A stretch of 63,411 bases of DNA from positions 1 through 63,411 of the IMG/VR virus record IMGVR_UViG_3300030106_000472, one strand, 5' to 3'. Position 1 is the first letter of the stretch; each line of letters opens with the position of its first letter. Position numbers and translations under genes: made by a program. This DNA is from a virus (lineage: Duplodnaviria > Caudoviricetes). Shown here piece after piece: positions 7,735 through 16,138 of the stretch. A model generated the notes under the pieces. The model was not told the origin of the DNA. It saw nothing but the letters and a program-made list of their open reading frames with translations, and did no database searches.

Positions 7735-8103
7735 TTACATTCCGTTTTCGTCGTAGTAGACCGCTGACTCGGTCACTCCATAAGGATAGTCTTCTCCGTG
7801 GTCGTGTAGATAACGCCTAGTTATCGTAGCATAATATTGATGACTGTCTCCTTCGCCAAAAATATAATACATTACATCATTACTTCGAAAAACTATTGCT
7901 TTGATCTCATCATTCGGTCCCCAGCCTTTCTTAGTCTCGTCAATCACAACTTCGAAACCATCAACCACTCCTCCTGGTCCAATCAAAGCTACTAACTCGT
8001 CGGCTAACTCACCACCTTCCTCACTGAAAAGAATGGTAGCGTTCCATTCATCTTGCATGTAAGTATCTAACTTACGATTTATCTTAATGTATGCTTCGTT
8101 CAT
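7735..8103 (-). CDS. acidic hypothetical protein, paralog of 8117-8488
   Basis: SD AAGGAG before ATG 8103; shared DEW...SE.G..L.D.L and GD.H...A.ITR motifs. Confidence 0.75.
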   Translation of the reverse strand: MNEAYIKINRKLDTYMQDEWNATILFSEEGGELADELVALIGPGGVVDGFEVVIDETKKGWGPNDEIKAIVFRSNDVMYYIFGEGDSHQYYATITRRYLHDHGEDYPYGVTESAVYYDENGM

Positions 8104-8116
8104 TTCTTTCTCCTTT

Positions 8117-8488
8117 TTATCCACAAGTGTAACTATTTTCCCATTCTTCACGGGTCACTATATGTTTTTGTTTGTCGTGTCTCGTGATTTGAGCTAAATG
8201 TCCCGCATGTTGGTCGCCTGACTCTACGGTTAATATATTATAAATATAATCAACGTCTTCAAACAGTAATGAATACGCTGTAGTAGTATAAGAATTCTTT
8301 GGTTGAATCCTCATCGTATCATGTAACGCTAATCCATTTACTCCTTCGATAAGCTCTGGGTTACTCACCTCCGCTAAATCGTCTAGTAAACAAGATCCAT
8401 CTTCTGATAATGGTATCACCGAATGCCACTCGTCCACTCGATTTTTATCCAACTCTCGCTGTATGTTTTCGTATATTTCTTTACTCAT
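8117..8488 (-). CDS. acidic hypothetical protein
   Basis: SD AGAAAGGAGAAA and own promoter. Confidence 0.8.
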   Translation of the reverse strand: MSKEIYENIQRELDKNRVDEWHSVIPLSEDGSCLLDDLAEVSNPELIEGVNGLALHDTMRIQPKNSYTTTAYSLLFEDVDYIYNILTVESGDQHAGHLAQITRHDKQKHIVTREEWENSYTCG

Positions 8489-8526
8489 AATTTCTCCTTT
8501 CTATTATAGTTTTTATTACTAGGTAT

Positions 8527-8555
8527 ATTATAACTAAGAAACAAAGCGAAGTAAC
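8527..8555 (-). promoter_or_regulatory. sigma70-like promoter
   Basis: GTTACT-17-TATAAT. Confidence 0.7.
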
Positions 8556-8578
8556 CCAGCCGTCAACCACCGCCCCAT

Positions 8579-8602
8579 AAAAAACCCCGCCGAAGCGGGG
8601 TC
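8579..8602 (-). terminator. intrinsic terminator
   Basis: ACCCCGC-TTCG-GCGGGGT followed by a T tract. Confidence 0.85.
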
Positions 8603-8628
8603 AAAGAATAATCCATCGAGGAGTAAAT

Positions 8629-8958
8629 TTAGGGGGTGATGGATTTCTCTTTTTTGTAGGGTAGAAGCTCACACCAATAGCCGTCGGTCTCAGTGCTCCA
8701 GCCATAGGTATAGACAAACTGCTCGCCTGTCTCCATGTCTTCTAATATTTCACCACTAGCAGTTTCATAATTTTGTAGTATAGGATCAGAAGTAAGTGAT
8801 TCAATCGACATATCTAGGTAGAGTTTACTCTCTACTATAGTTTGGTAGAGTTCACCATAATACTCTAGAATATCCTTTACATCGTCGACTGTGCAGACAC
8901 AGACATGAAGTAATACTCCGCCTTCTGATTCAAGATATAATTGGTATAGTTTTTTCAT
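8629..8958 (-). CDS. acidic hypothetical protein
   Basis: SD AGAAAGGAGAAA; E/D/Y-rich. Confidence 0.75.
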   Translation of the reverse strand: MKKLYQLYLESEGGVLLHVCVCTVDDVKDILEYYGELYQTIVESKLYLDMSIESLTSDPILQNYETASGEILEDMETGEQFVYTYGWSTETDGYWCELLPYKKEKSITP

Positions 8959-9029
8959 AAATTTCTCCTTTCTTATTTATTACTATATATAGTATAGCAA
9001 ACAGCAACCCCAGTTTATACCAGTATGCT

Positions 9030-9500
9030 TTACCACCATACGTGCATTACCGCACCACGCTTACCAGCAACACCGAGTAAAGTCGCTAGGTCTTTAACTT
9101 CGCCTAATGTATATTCAGCCCAATCATCTACTTGATAAACTATAGTGTCGTCATCAATATCTAAAGGACAGTTTGTATCATTAGGGTCGCTACCAGACAC
9201 ACCATATTCTTCTCTAACAGTATGTAAAAATTCTTCTAACGCTTCAGCCTGTTCTTTTAGCTCCTCACTTGTAACATATGGAGGAGCATCGTGTTCTGTT
9301 TTATGCCAGATACCTCCCTCATGTTGCATAAGGTCATCTATCAAAGGTTCGTAGACTTTGCCTCTAAACGAGCCATCGCTACCATGACCACTGGTAAACA
9401 TGCTACCACATAATTGGACGTCTTTTAATTCCTCTGCATCTTCGCTAGTAAATGCTTTGTCATGGTCGTTACCATGCACTATATAACAATCAAGACCCAT
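9030..9500 (-). CDS. acidic hypothetical protein (MGLD-start phage family)
   Basis: MGLDCYI start, FRGKVY motif, C-terminal WW. Confidence 0.75.
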   Translation of the reverse strand: MGLDCYIVHGNDHDKAFTSEDAEELKDVQLCGSMFTSGHGSDGSFRGKVYEPLIDDLMQHEGGIWHKTEHDAPPYVTSEELKEQAEALEEFLHTVREEYGVSGSDPNDTNCPLDIDDDTIVYQVDDWAEYTLGEVKDLATLLGVAGKRGAVMHVWW

Positions 9501-9696
9501 TATTACTCTCCATCAATGCGATACGTGCAGGTATCACAACTGTCGCGTTGCAGTCATCACAGCATCTACCATCGTTAATAGGCTGGGCATTATTACCACC
9601 AGTCCACACAACCTCACCTGTTTCAGGGTGTCGTAATGGCTCGATGTAGCAACCTTTAATGCTACATCTCACTTCGTTAATATCAGTTACGTCCAT
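9490..9696 (-). CDS. small Zn-binding phage protein
   Basis: C...GC and GNNAQPINDGRCCDDCN...VIPARI. Confidence 0.75.
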   Translation of the reverse strand: MDVTDINEVRCSIKGCYIEPLRHPETGEVVWTGGNNAQPINDGRCCDDCNATVVIPARIALMESNNGS

Positions 9697-9698
9697 AG

Positions 9699-9902
9699 TT
9701 ATCTCCCGATACTCTTAGTATCATTTATAGTTATATATTGGTATGCACCTTTATTGTAAGCAGGTGCAGTCTGCTTTTTACGTTGCTCAGTCAGTTTAGA
9801 AGCTACCTGCTCACCGCAATCAATACATGTAGTGTAGCCTAGTCGTGCTCGTGCCTCTGGCACTCGACACTCAGGGTCTCTACAGTAAGAACATATATTC
9901 AT
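9699..9902 (-). CDS. DksA/TraR-like C4 zinc-finger protein
   Basis: C..VPEARARLGYTTCIDC resembles the TraR/DksA IPxxRxxA...CxxC pattern. Confidence 0.6.
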   Translation of the reverse strand: MNICSYCRDPECRVPEARARLGYTTCIDCGEQVASKLTEQRKKQTAPAYNKGAYQYITINDTKSIGR

Positions 9903-9941
9903 AATTTCTCCTTTCTAATAGTTTGATTAACTTACCCTTAT

Positions 9942-9970
9942 AGTATATAAAAGAGCAACGCCAATGTAAC
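9942..9970 (-). promoter_or_regulatory. sigma70-like promoter
   Basis: GTTACA-17-TATACT. Confidence 0.65.
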
Positions 9971-9975
9971 CTAGC

Positions 9976-10284
9976 CTACGAGTCGCCATCTTTTTTGAAT
10001 AAGCCATCTTCGAGTTTACCAGTGCGGTCTTTTATTTCGTCCCATGCGGCGTCCATACACTCTAATAGAGTCATATTATTCTGTGCTGCTAGTATAATCA
10101 ACACCACCACACAATCACCTATGCCATCTTTTAATCCTTCTTGGTCACCATAGGCGAGTGCTCTAGCCGTTTCACCGACTTCTTCTATTAGTTTGAGCAT
10201 TTGTCTATCTGGGTTTGCTTTATCTCCGATTAAGCCTTTTTCCTTACCCCAGTCTTCTACTCTAGCTATTGGAATCCATCCCAT
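9976..10284 (-). CDS. MazG-like nucleotide pyrophosphohydrolase
   Basis: QMLKLIEEVGE...DGIGD...AWDEIKDRTG..F.K. Confidence 0.88.
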   Translation of the reverse strand: MGWIPIARVEDWGKEKGLIGDKANPDRQMLKLIEEVGETARALAYGDQEGLKDGIGDCVVVLIILAAQNNMTLLECMDAAWDEIKDRTGKLEDGLFKKDGDS

Positions 10285-10307
10285 TTCGTTCTCCTATGTA
10301 TGTGAAA

Positions 10308-10592
10308 TTATTTCTTTGTTTGAATGTGAAAAATGCCCAACCCTTGACTGTCAAATTCTTTAGTCTTACCTTCTAAGTAGTCAGACAAAAATTGCTTTGC
10401 TCGTTTCAGAGTAGGCATCGATTCTACTGGGTGGTTAAGTTGCTTTTCACCATCAAATATATCCCAACCAAAAGATGTATCTTTAATCCTAAAATCACCA
10501 AAGCCATATACAGATTCACCAGATTTGTGATATCCATTTTGTGCAGTCATCTTTGAATATGGCTTATTAAGTCTTTTTAGCTTTAATGCCAT
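10308..10592 (-). CDS. hypothetical protein
   Basis: ORF in a translationally coupled early operon. Confidence 0.65.
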   Translation of the reverse strand: MALKLKRLNKPYSKMTAQNGYHKSGESVYGFGDFRIKDTSFGWDIFDGEKQLNHPVESMPTLKRAKQFLSDYLEGKTKEFDSQGLGIFHIQTKK

Positions 10593-10750
10593 TAGTTTTT
10601 CTCCTTTCTGAATTTTTCTCGTAAAAACGATTTGTTATTTTGGATATAATCTTCTTTAGATTTTATATCCGTTTCTTGATAAGCAGATTTTTCGTGAAGA
10701 TACTCGTTATACATATGCTCACAAAAGTTGTCAAAAGCTTTATTTTCCAT
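10592..10750 (-). CDS. hypothetical protein
   Basis: ATG at 10750 with AGGAGG SD. Confidence 0.65.
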   Translation of the reverse strand: MENKAFDNFCEHMYNEYLHEKSAYQETDIKSKEDYIQNNKSFLREKFRKEKN

Positions 10751-11022
10751 TAGTTTGCCTCCTGTATAGGTGCACCCCACTCATCGTGAGGCTCTGCAGG
10801 CGCAGGGTCAACGAAATACTGGTCACACCACAAATCGAAAAAGTATTGAACATCGCCACGCTTGATCGATTGATATGGCTCGTAAACTCGGTGATAGTCA
10901 TATATAACTTCATACACCCATTTATAAGCATCTAAAATCTGCTCATCCGTAAGATTAAGCCACTTAGATAACTCGACAATATGTGGTAATGTTTGCTTTT
11001 TAATCTCTCGTAGACTCAACAT
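10750..11022 (-). CDS. hypothetical protein
   Basis: Fills the operon between neighbours. Confidence 0.55.
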   Translation of the reverse strand: MLSLREIKKQTLPHIVELSKWLNLTDEQILDAYKWVYEVIYDYHRVYEPYQSIKRGDVQYFFDLWCDQYFVDPAPAEPHDEWGAPIQEAN

Positions 11023-11242
11023 CTTGCATCTCAGTAGTAGGTATAATTCCAGAAATAGTGTCTATGACGCGATTTGTATGCTCTGCCATCATAACTTTAG
11101 TTTCTAGCTCTTTTATGCGTTTAGCTAGGAACTCGTTAGCTTCTAACTGTCCTTGCATAAACTCCTGAACACTACGTTGTGTAGTGACTATAGTATCGAT
11201 AGAGTCAACTATCTTTACTAAGGTTTCTTCTAGGTTTTTCAT
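11000..11242 (-). CDS. coiled-coil hypothetical protein
   Basis: ATG at 11242 follows SD AGAAAGGAGAAA. Confidence 0.7.
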   Translation of the reverse strand: MKNLEETLVKIVDSIDTIVTTQRSVQEFMQGQLEANEFLAKRIKELETKVMMAEHTNRVIDTISGIIPTTEMQDVESTRD

Positions 11243-11454
11243 ATATTTCTCCTTTCTTAGTTGTGAAATAGGTGAGGCGTTGTTCATAAAGTTTATTGCA
11301 ACTTAACTGGATTTGGTCTTTAATAGCTATCCACATTTTCCGCTAACCTCGTTGTGTTGCCTGATAAAGATAAACTATAAAAACCTTTATCAGGACTTGA
11401 AATGTTGTATGTATATAGTTTTAACATAAGTATATTATATAGTGCAGCATACGA

Positions 11455-11640
11455 TTATAAACCAGCCTTATGATCATCAGGATAACCTGTTACTTTAATC
11501 CAAATCTGATTATTGTTATCTTCTGGTTTTTCTTGTTTTTTCTTAATTTTATCTAGTGTAAGTTGTAATAAATCGTTGTATGTTTTATTCATAACATCAC
11601 TAGTAAATAAAGTTATTTCTACTTTATCTTGAAAAGACAT
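11455..11640 (-). CDS. hypothetical protein
   Basis: Coupled to the upstream stop. Confidence 0.55.
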   Translation of the reverse strand: MSFQDKVEITLFTSDVMNKTYNDLLQLTLDKIKKKQEKPEDNNNQIWIKVTGYPDDHKAGL

Positions 11641-11963
11641 TAGTGAAGCTCCCTATCAGAACCAACTTCATGGTAGCCCTCGTGATGAGGGTCATACCAT
11701 GATAAGGTTGTTTTAATTAGACCTTCAGTTCCTGGTTTGTATCTATGCCAGTAATCGATATATTTTCTAGATATATCAGATAACAGTTCATTACGTGGTC
11801 GAGTATCGTGTGAAAACTTTTCCTCGAAATCTTTGAGATTAGGTCGTTTATTTTCATCAACAGCTTCATCGATGAACTCGATCATCTCAACATCAACATC
11901 AGTCAATGTATTGAAAAAGTCTACCATTTTCGCAGTCTCTGCCATTAGTTTTTTAAGTGACAT
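11640..11963 (-). CDS. hypothetical protein
   Basis: Coupled ORF. Confidence 0.65.
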   Translation of the reverse strand: MSLKKLMAETAKMVDFFNTLTDVDVEMIEFIDEAVDENKRPNLKDFEEKFSHDTRPRNELLSDISRKYIDYWHRYKPGTEGLIKTTLSWYDPHHEGYHEVGSDRELH

Positions 11964-12472
11964 TAATAATACCCCCCGATTTCCATAGCAGGTTCGTCAA
12001 ACCAAGCAGTTATATGAACGCCCATATCTTCAGTATAGATTTTACGCAAGGCTTCGATTGCTTCTTCTGGTGGCGACCACGCAGTATCAAAATGGTAATA
12101 TAAACAAGTATCGTCATCTATATAAGATAACTCATCACTATAAGTATTCCACTTAGTTCCCCAATTTAGTATTTGCCAAGAATACCACCTATCGTCTTGT
12201 TTACCAGTGCTGGCAAACTTCCAAAATGTGCCGATTGCTTCTGGAAATTCCTCATCTTTTATAGGTAATTCACCAACTTTACCAAGTTCTGATTTTTCTC
12301 CCATAAAATTAGTTTCTTTACCTGTTAATGGTGTTTTCTCAAAATTTGGTTTTGGAACTATATTATTTAAATCGAAACAAGTTTCTTCAGAATGTAAAAA
12401 TTCTTTTATTTCTAAAGTTTGTTCTACTGTTTCACAATGTATTTCTACACGATTTTGACAATGATTTGGCAT
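11963..12472 (-). CDS. DUF1281/YubB-like ferredoxin-fold protein
   Basis: MPNHCQN start, W...NWGTKW and FDTAWSPP signatures. Confidence 0.8.
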   Translation of the reverse strand: MPNHCQNRVEIHCETVEQTLEIKEFLHSEETCFDLNNIVPKPNFEKTPLTGKETNFMGEKSELGKVGELPIKDEEFPEAIGTFWKFASTGKQDDRWYSWQILNWGTKWNTYSDELSYIDDDTCLYYHFDTAWSPPEEAIEALRKIYTEDMGVHITAWFDEPAMEIGGYY

Positions 12473-12505
12473 AACATTTCTCCTTTCTTAAATAGTTATA
12501 TATAT

Positions 12506-12534
12506 AGTCTACATACGAAAAACCGCAAAGTAAA
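12506..12534 (-). promoter_or_regulatory. sigma70-like promoter
   Basis: TTTACT-17-TAGACT. Confidence 0.7.
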
Positions 12535-12575
12535 CTACTAACAGAAACCACGCGAAAACCAATACTATCTTGTCG

Positions 12576-12761
12576 TTATCGTTCATCATCTCTTACTTCT
12601 GTAAGTTGTTCAATAGCGTCCATAACGCCATTTATAAAGTCTGTTTCTAATGAATAATGATAAGATGTATCTGCTGTTACGTGTGGATATATCGCTTTTG
12701 CTAGAGCGGTCACGTTAGTTGTAAAAGTCGTGCCGTCTCTTTTTTGTATTTTTATTTGCAT
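12576..12761 (-). CDS. hypothetical protein
   Basis: ATG at 12761 with AGGAG SD. Confidence 0.65.
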   Translation of the reverse strand: MQIKIQKRDGTTFTTNVTALAKAIYPHVTADTSYHYSLETDFINGVMDAIEQLTEVRDDER

Positions 12762-12810
12762 AGTTTCTCCTAAAAAGTAGGTGCACAAGTTTCCCTGTGC
12801 ACCTGTTAAT

Positions 12811-13182
12811 TTACGCTTTCGCGAAGTAGCCTTCATCAACGAGTCTTTTTGCATAGAACCTAAAGATTCTAAGCGGGTCTTGACCCGTAGTCAAAGTGCC
12901 TTTCTTCACAGCCAACGCTACCAAGTCCTGTGCAGTGAAACTGGTTATATCTAACTCAGTTTTCTTAGCTTCGACACAGGTAGTAATCAACGCATTCATT
13001 TGCGGTGTCTTACCTTCTGGTGCTTTACCACTATAAGTGTATAAAGTTCTTGCGGAACCTCTACCTGCTTTCGTAGGTTTAGGTATCGCTGTCACTTTAG
13101 CTTTACTCAGCGGCTTTGCAGCTACTTTCGTAGTTGCTATTGGTGCTCTCTTTTTAGAGGGCGTAGAAGTAGATGTTTGCAT
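12811..13182 (-). CDS. basic protein, distant paralog 3 of 5671/6333
   Basis: PQM..L...T.QDLV...LTTGQDPLRIFRFYAKRLVDEGY aligns with LQTVQTP.KIW.FYK.RLVS.G; K/A/T/P-rich N-terminal tail. Confidence 0.75.
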   Translation of the reverse strand: MQTSTSTPSKKRAPIATTKVAAKPLSKAKVTAIPKPTKAGRGSARTLYTYSGKAPEGKTPQMNALITTCVEAKKTELDITSFTAQDLVALAVKKGTLTTGQDPLRIFRFYAKRLVDEGYFAKA

Positions 13183-13238
13183 TTGCTTTCTCCTTTCTTC
13201 TTGTTAATAAAATCCACCTTGCGGCAGAACCAGTTTCT

Positions 13239-13267
13239 AGTATGCCTTCGAATAATACGAAAGTAAA
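13239..13267 (-). promoter_or_regulatory. sigma70-like promoter
   Basis: TTTACT-17-CATACT. Confidence 0.65.
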
Positions 13268-13286
13268 CCAGTACATGATAGGCTTT

Positions 13287-13517
13287 TTAATGTAGCTTAT
13301 CATCAGAAAACTTTACCAAGTCATTTTCTTCTAGGTAGTTTTTCCAAAACATTAGTATAAGCGAGGGATCAGTTACCCCCACTAGTTCTTGACAACCTTG
13401 TGCGATCATAGTATCGGAAACTACACGAGCCAGTTCATCGTTGCCTGACTCGAATAGTTGCTCCCAAACCATACCCAAGACATCAGCGTCTATTTTGTAT
13501 TGTTTAGGATTTTCCAC
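13287..13517 (-). CDS. hypothetical protein
   Basis: GTG start coupled to the upstream stop. Confidence 0.6.
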   Translation of the reverse strand: MENPKQYKIDADVLGMVWEQLFESGNDELARVVSDTMIAQGCQELVGVTDPSLILMFWKNYLEENDLVKFSDDKLH

Positions 13518-14545
13518 TAGGCTGCCCTCTGTAGAGCAAGTTCTAGAGCCTTGCTTTTACGATTGGCTGCGGCACCGAACCATGCACTATGTAGAGCATT
13601 ACCTTCGGTTTGCGACTCACGTAAATGGTCTTCGACGTAGGTGACTGCATTTAGTGCACCCCACCACGTGCCTCTAGCAGACTTCAGGTTTGCACCTGGA
13701 CTCTGATCTAGAGCATCGACCACTAATGAAGGAAACTTATTCAGTTTCTCTTTTAGAGGCTCTTGTATACCTATAGCTTTGCCTTCTGCACGTAGCTGTT
13801 GTTCTTTACGATACTCAGCGATCATTAATGGTTGGTATATTTCACCAACATAATCAAGAACATCTGAGTGTTTAGCTTTCGTTTTTGATAGTAGAGTAGA
13901 GTTGTTTCTAAACTCGGTCATAGCTGTCGCAGATAAACCTAATGCTTCTTCTGCAGCTTGTATAACGTCGTCACCGAACTCTCTAACGTGAGGCATACGG
14001 AAAGATGCTGAACCACCGTGCTGTAATGCCATCGTGAGGGTGTTATTACACACAACTCTTATAGGCGTTAGCTTTATGGTCATCGATCTACCAACTATAT
14101 GCGGTTGATTAATAAGAAGATAACCTTTTATAAGGTCGTCTCCCGCCAGTTCGAAGTCTTCTGAGATTTTAGCTAAACCCCATATTTCTCCGCCATCTTT
14201 TAAACTACCTGCGGTTTCCATGGTCATATGACCAGCTTCCGTAAAGCGTTTAAAGAATTTGAATACGTCTTCATTTTGAATAGGAACGTAGTCTCTACCG
14301 CAATGAGATAGTATTCGGTTATCAGAATCACGAACGATGTGAAAAGTATTCTCCGCTTGGATAATACCAACATCGTCGCTCCATTCGGGGGCGTCTAGCG
14401 TGTAACTAGGACGTTTACTAACAGTCCAGTCTAGCTGTGCAGCCTCCTGCATTTGCAATGGTGTAAGGTTAGCGTCAACTTCAACACCTAATCCGTGCCA
14501 AGGTTTGTCACCTGCCCAAGCCATTGTTTCTACTTGATGTGCCAT
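13517..14545 (-). CDS. DUF932 / TIGR03299-like phage-plasmid protein
   Basis: MAH.VETMA...PWHGLG, Y.P.QN...F.FF, ETAGSL..G, TPIRVVCNNTL, GTWWGA.NAVT. Confidence 0.88.
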   Translation of the reverse strand: MAHQVETMAWAGDKPWHGLGVEVDANLTPLQMQEAAQLDWTVSKRPSYTLDAPEWSDDVGIIQAENTFHIVRDSDNRILSHCGRDYVPIQNEDVFKFFKRFTEAGHMTMETAGSLKDGGEIWGLAKISEDFELAGDDLIKGYLLINQPHIVGRSMTIKLTPIRVVCNNTLTMALQHGGSASFRMPHVREFGDDVIQAAEEALGLSATAMTEFRNNSTLLSKTKAKHSDVLDYVGEIYQPLMIAEYRKEQQLRAEGKAIGIQEPLKEKLNKFPSLVVDALDQSPGANLKSARGTWWGALNAVTYVEDHLRESQTEGNALHSAWFGAAANRKSKALELALQRAA

Positions 14546-14595
14546 ATATTTCTCCTTTCTAAGTTAATGACAGTAGCTTAATTACTACTATGGTC

Positions 14596-14624
14596 ATTAT
14601 AGTTACCAAAGTTACGAAAGTAAA
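14596..14624 (-). promoter_or_regulatory. sigma70-like promoter
   Basis: TTTACT-17-TATAAT. Confidence 0.75.
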
Positions 14625-15001
14625 GCAGTAGTTAGAGCGTCCCAATCGTAGGGTATTGTGAGCGTTAGTAGAGCGTCAGATTTGTAGCCACCTTTTACTA
14701 GGTCTTTTATTCCTGTGAGGCTGTCAATATGGTAGAGTTTGATTTCGTCATTTTTTCTAGCCATAACAAAGACTTGCCCTCCATGAGATGCTCGTTTAGC
14801 CAACCAAGAGATTTGCATTGGTCGTAGAGTGAGTTGATTACCCGAGTGTATTTCTTTTAGTTCTATCCAGAACTCTTTGCCTTTACCACAACCATTAACA
14901 TCAGGAACACCTGCTCCTGTCATCCCAGTTTCAATTCTCTGTAGATGTATCTGTGTTAGGTTGGTTCTTAACAAGAGCCATAAATTTTTTTCTTTCGCCA
15001 T
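14612..15001 (-). CDS. VRR-NUC / Holliday-junction resolvase-like PD-(D/E)xK nuclease
   Basis: RIE...GVPD...FWIELK...LRP.Q..W. Confidence 0.8.
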   Translation of the reverse strand: MAKEKNLWLLLRTNLTQIHLQRIETGMTGAGVPDVNGCGKGKEFWIELKEIHSGNQLTLRPMQISWLAKRASHGGQVFVMARKNDEIKLYHIDSLTGIKDLVKGGYKSDALLTLTIPYDWDALTTALLS

Positions 15002-15581
15002 GTCTTGCTTTCCTACCGAAACCTTTTTCTATCATAATTTTCTCGTGAGCTTTTTGTCTTCTTAACTCTTCGAAACCCACTTCAGAAACATAAACTGTTC
15101 CATCAGCGTATCTTGCTACAGGAAGTTCTTCCGCTATTATTTTATCTATCTCATTTACGTCTTCCCAAACAAAATTATTATCTGCTTCTGCTTCTACTAC
15201 CCTCATTACTTTTAAAGGTAGAGCACAGGCAGGAAGCCAATCACGTCCTATTTTTCCATCAGTGCGTAAATCTTGCGTAACTCGTTTTTTACCAAAGACT
15301 GATCGATTTTTCTCATACTGTGTTTGTTTTTCACATTCTTTAGAACAATAAACTGATGACTTATGTCTGTCATATTGAAACTTTTTTTCACATCGAACAC
15401 AAACACAAGTCTTTTGTTCATTTACAAAATTACCTCGTGCTTTTTTAGTTGATAAGTCTCTACACTTTTTGCTACAGTATTTTGTTTTTCGTGGAGGGAG
15501 AGGAACTTTTTGACATTCAACACAATAATTATGTTCTGTAAATTCGTATTCCTGGTTTGTTATTTCATAAAAAGTAGCCAT
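14931..15581 (-). CDS. Cys-rich zinc-binding hypothetical protein
   Basis: Two CxxC...YCSxxC modules. Confidence 0.65.
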   Translation of the reverse strand: MATFYEITNQEYEFTEHNYCVECQKVPLPPRKTKYCSKKCRDLSTKKARGNFVNEQKTCVCVRCEKKFQYDRHKSSVYCSKECEKQTQYEKNRSVFGKKRVTQDLRTDGKIGRDWLPACALPLKVMRVVEAEADNNFVWEDVNEIDKIIAEELPVARYADGTVYVSEVGFEELRRQKAHEKIMIEKGFGRKARHGERKKFMALVKNQPNTDTSTEN

Positions 15582-15587
15582 ATAAAT

Positions 15588-15616
15588 AGGGTAAAGGAGA
15601 AAAACGCCAAAGTAAA
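15588..15616 (-). promoter_or_regulatory. sigma70-like promoter, probably leaderless transcript
   Basis: TTTACT-17-TACCCT; -10 ends 6 nt before ATG 15581. Confidence 0.55.
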
Positions 15617-15631
15617 CTACTAAATAGAGTA

Positions 15632-15775
15632 AAAAGCCCCTAGAAAGTCTCTTAAAGAGCCTACATCCGATATAAGCTAATCTGGGACGTCCTAAGAGCT
15701 TTTATATAGTTCTGAAGTAAAACCCTCAACTACTAGTAGATCGTTTAACCTGTGGCATCAGGTAGAGTCGATTTT
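15632..15775 (-). ncRNA. candidate structured RNA or branched terminator
   Basis: 12-bp closing stem 15632-15643/15692-15703 with G-U pairs on the minus strand enclosing two hairpins, plus two upstream hairpins. Confidence 0.4.
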
Positions 15776-15799
15776 TAGAAAAAGCTTAAAAATTAACAA

Positions 15800-16138
15800 C
15801 TACCAATCCCACCCTGTATGAGGAGCAACTTTTTGGTTATCTGACGCTAATTTGATTTCACGATCACTTAACCATTCATTAAATGCTCTTTGTGTTTGAT
15901 CAATATCTGAATAGAGTTGTTTAAATTCTGACCATTTATTACGTGCAACGTGCACACCATAGTAGTAATCACCATCACCTAACTTACAACGTGTGATAAT
16001 TTGCCACATACGTTGTTTTGTAATATCGTATTCTTTTCCTAGTTCTTCTAATGTAATTTCTGAATTATTCCATTTATCATACATATCTCTGTATCTAATG
16101 GAGTTTTCTTTTGCTTTTTGTTGTGAGATACCTTTCAT
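15800..16138 (-). CDS. sigma70 region-4-like HTH protein
   Basis: TLEELGKEYDITKQRMWQI. Confidence 0.7.
   Translation of the reverse strand: MKGISQQKAKENSIRYRDMYDKWNNSEITLEELGKEYDITKQRMWQIITRCKLGDGDYYYGVHVARNKWSEFKQLYSDIDQTQRAFNEWLSDREIKLASDNQKVAPHTGWDW

Noticed and set aside
15632-15775. Hammerhead ribozyme in the three-way junction
   Set aside because: CUGAUG is followed by C and lies outside the junction, and there is no correctly placed GAAA/UH core.
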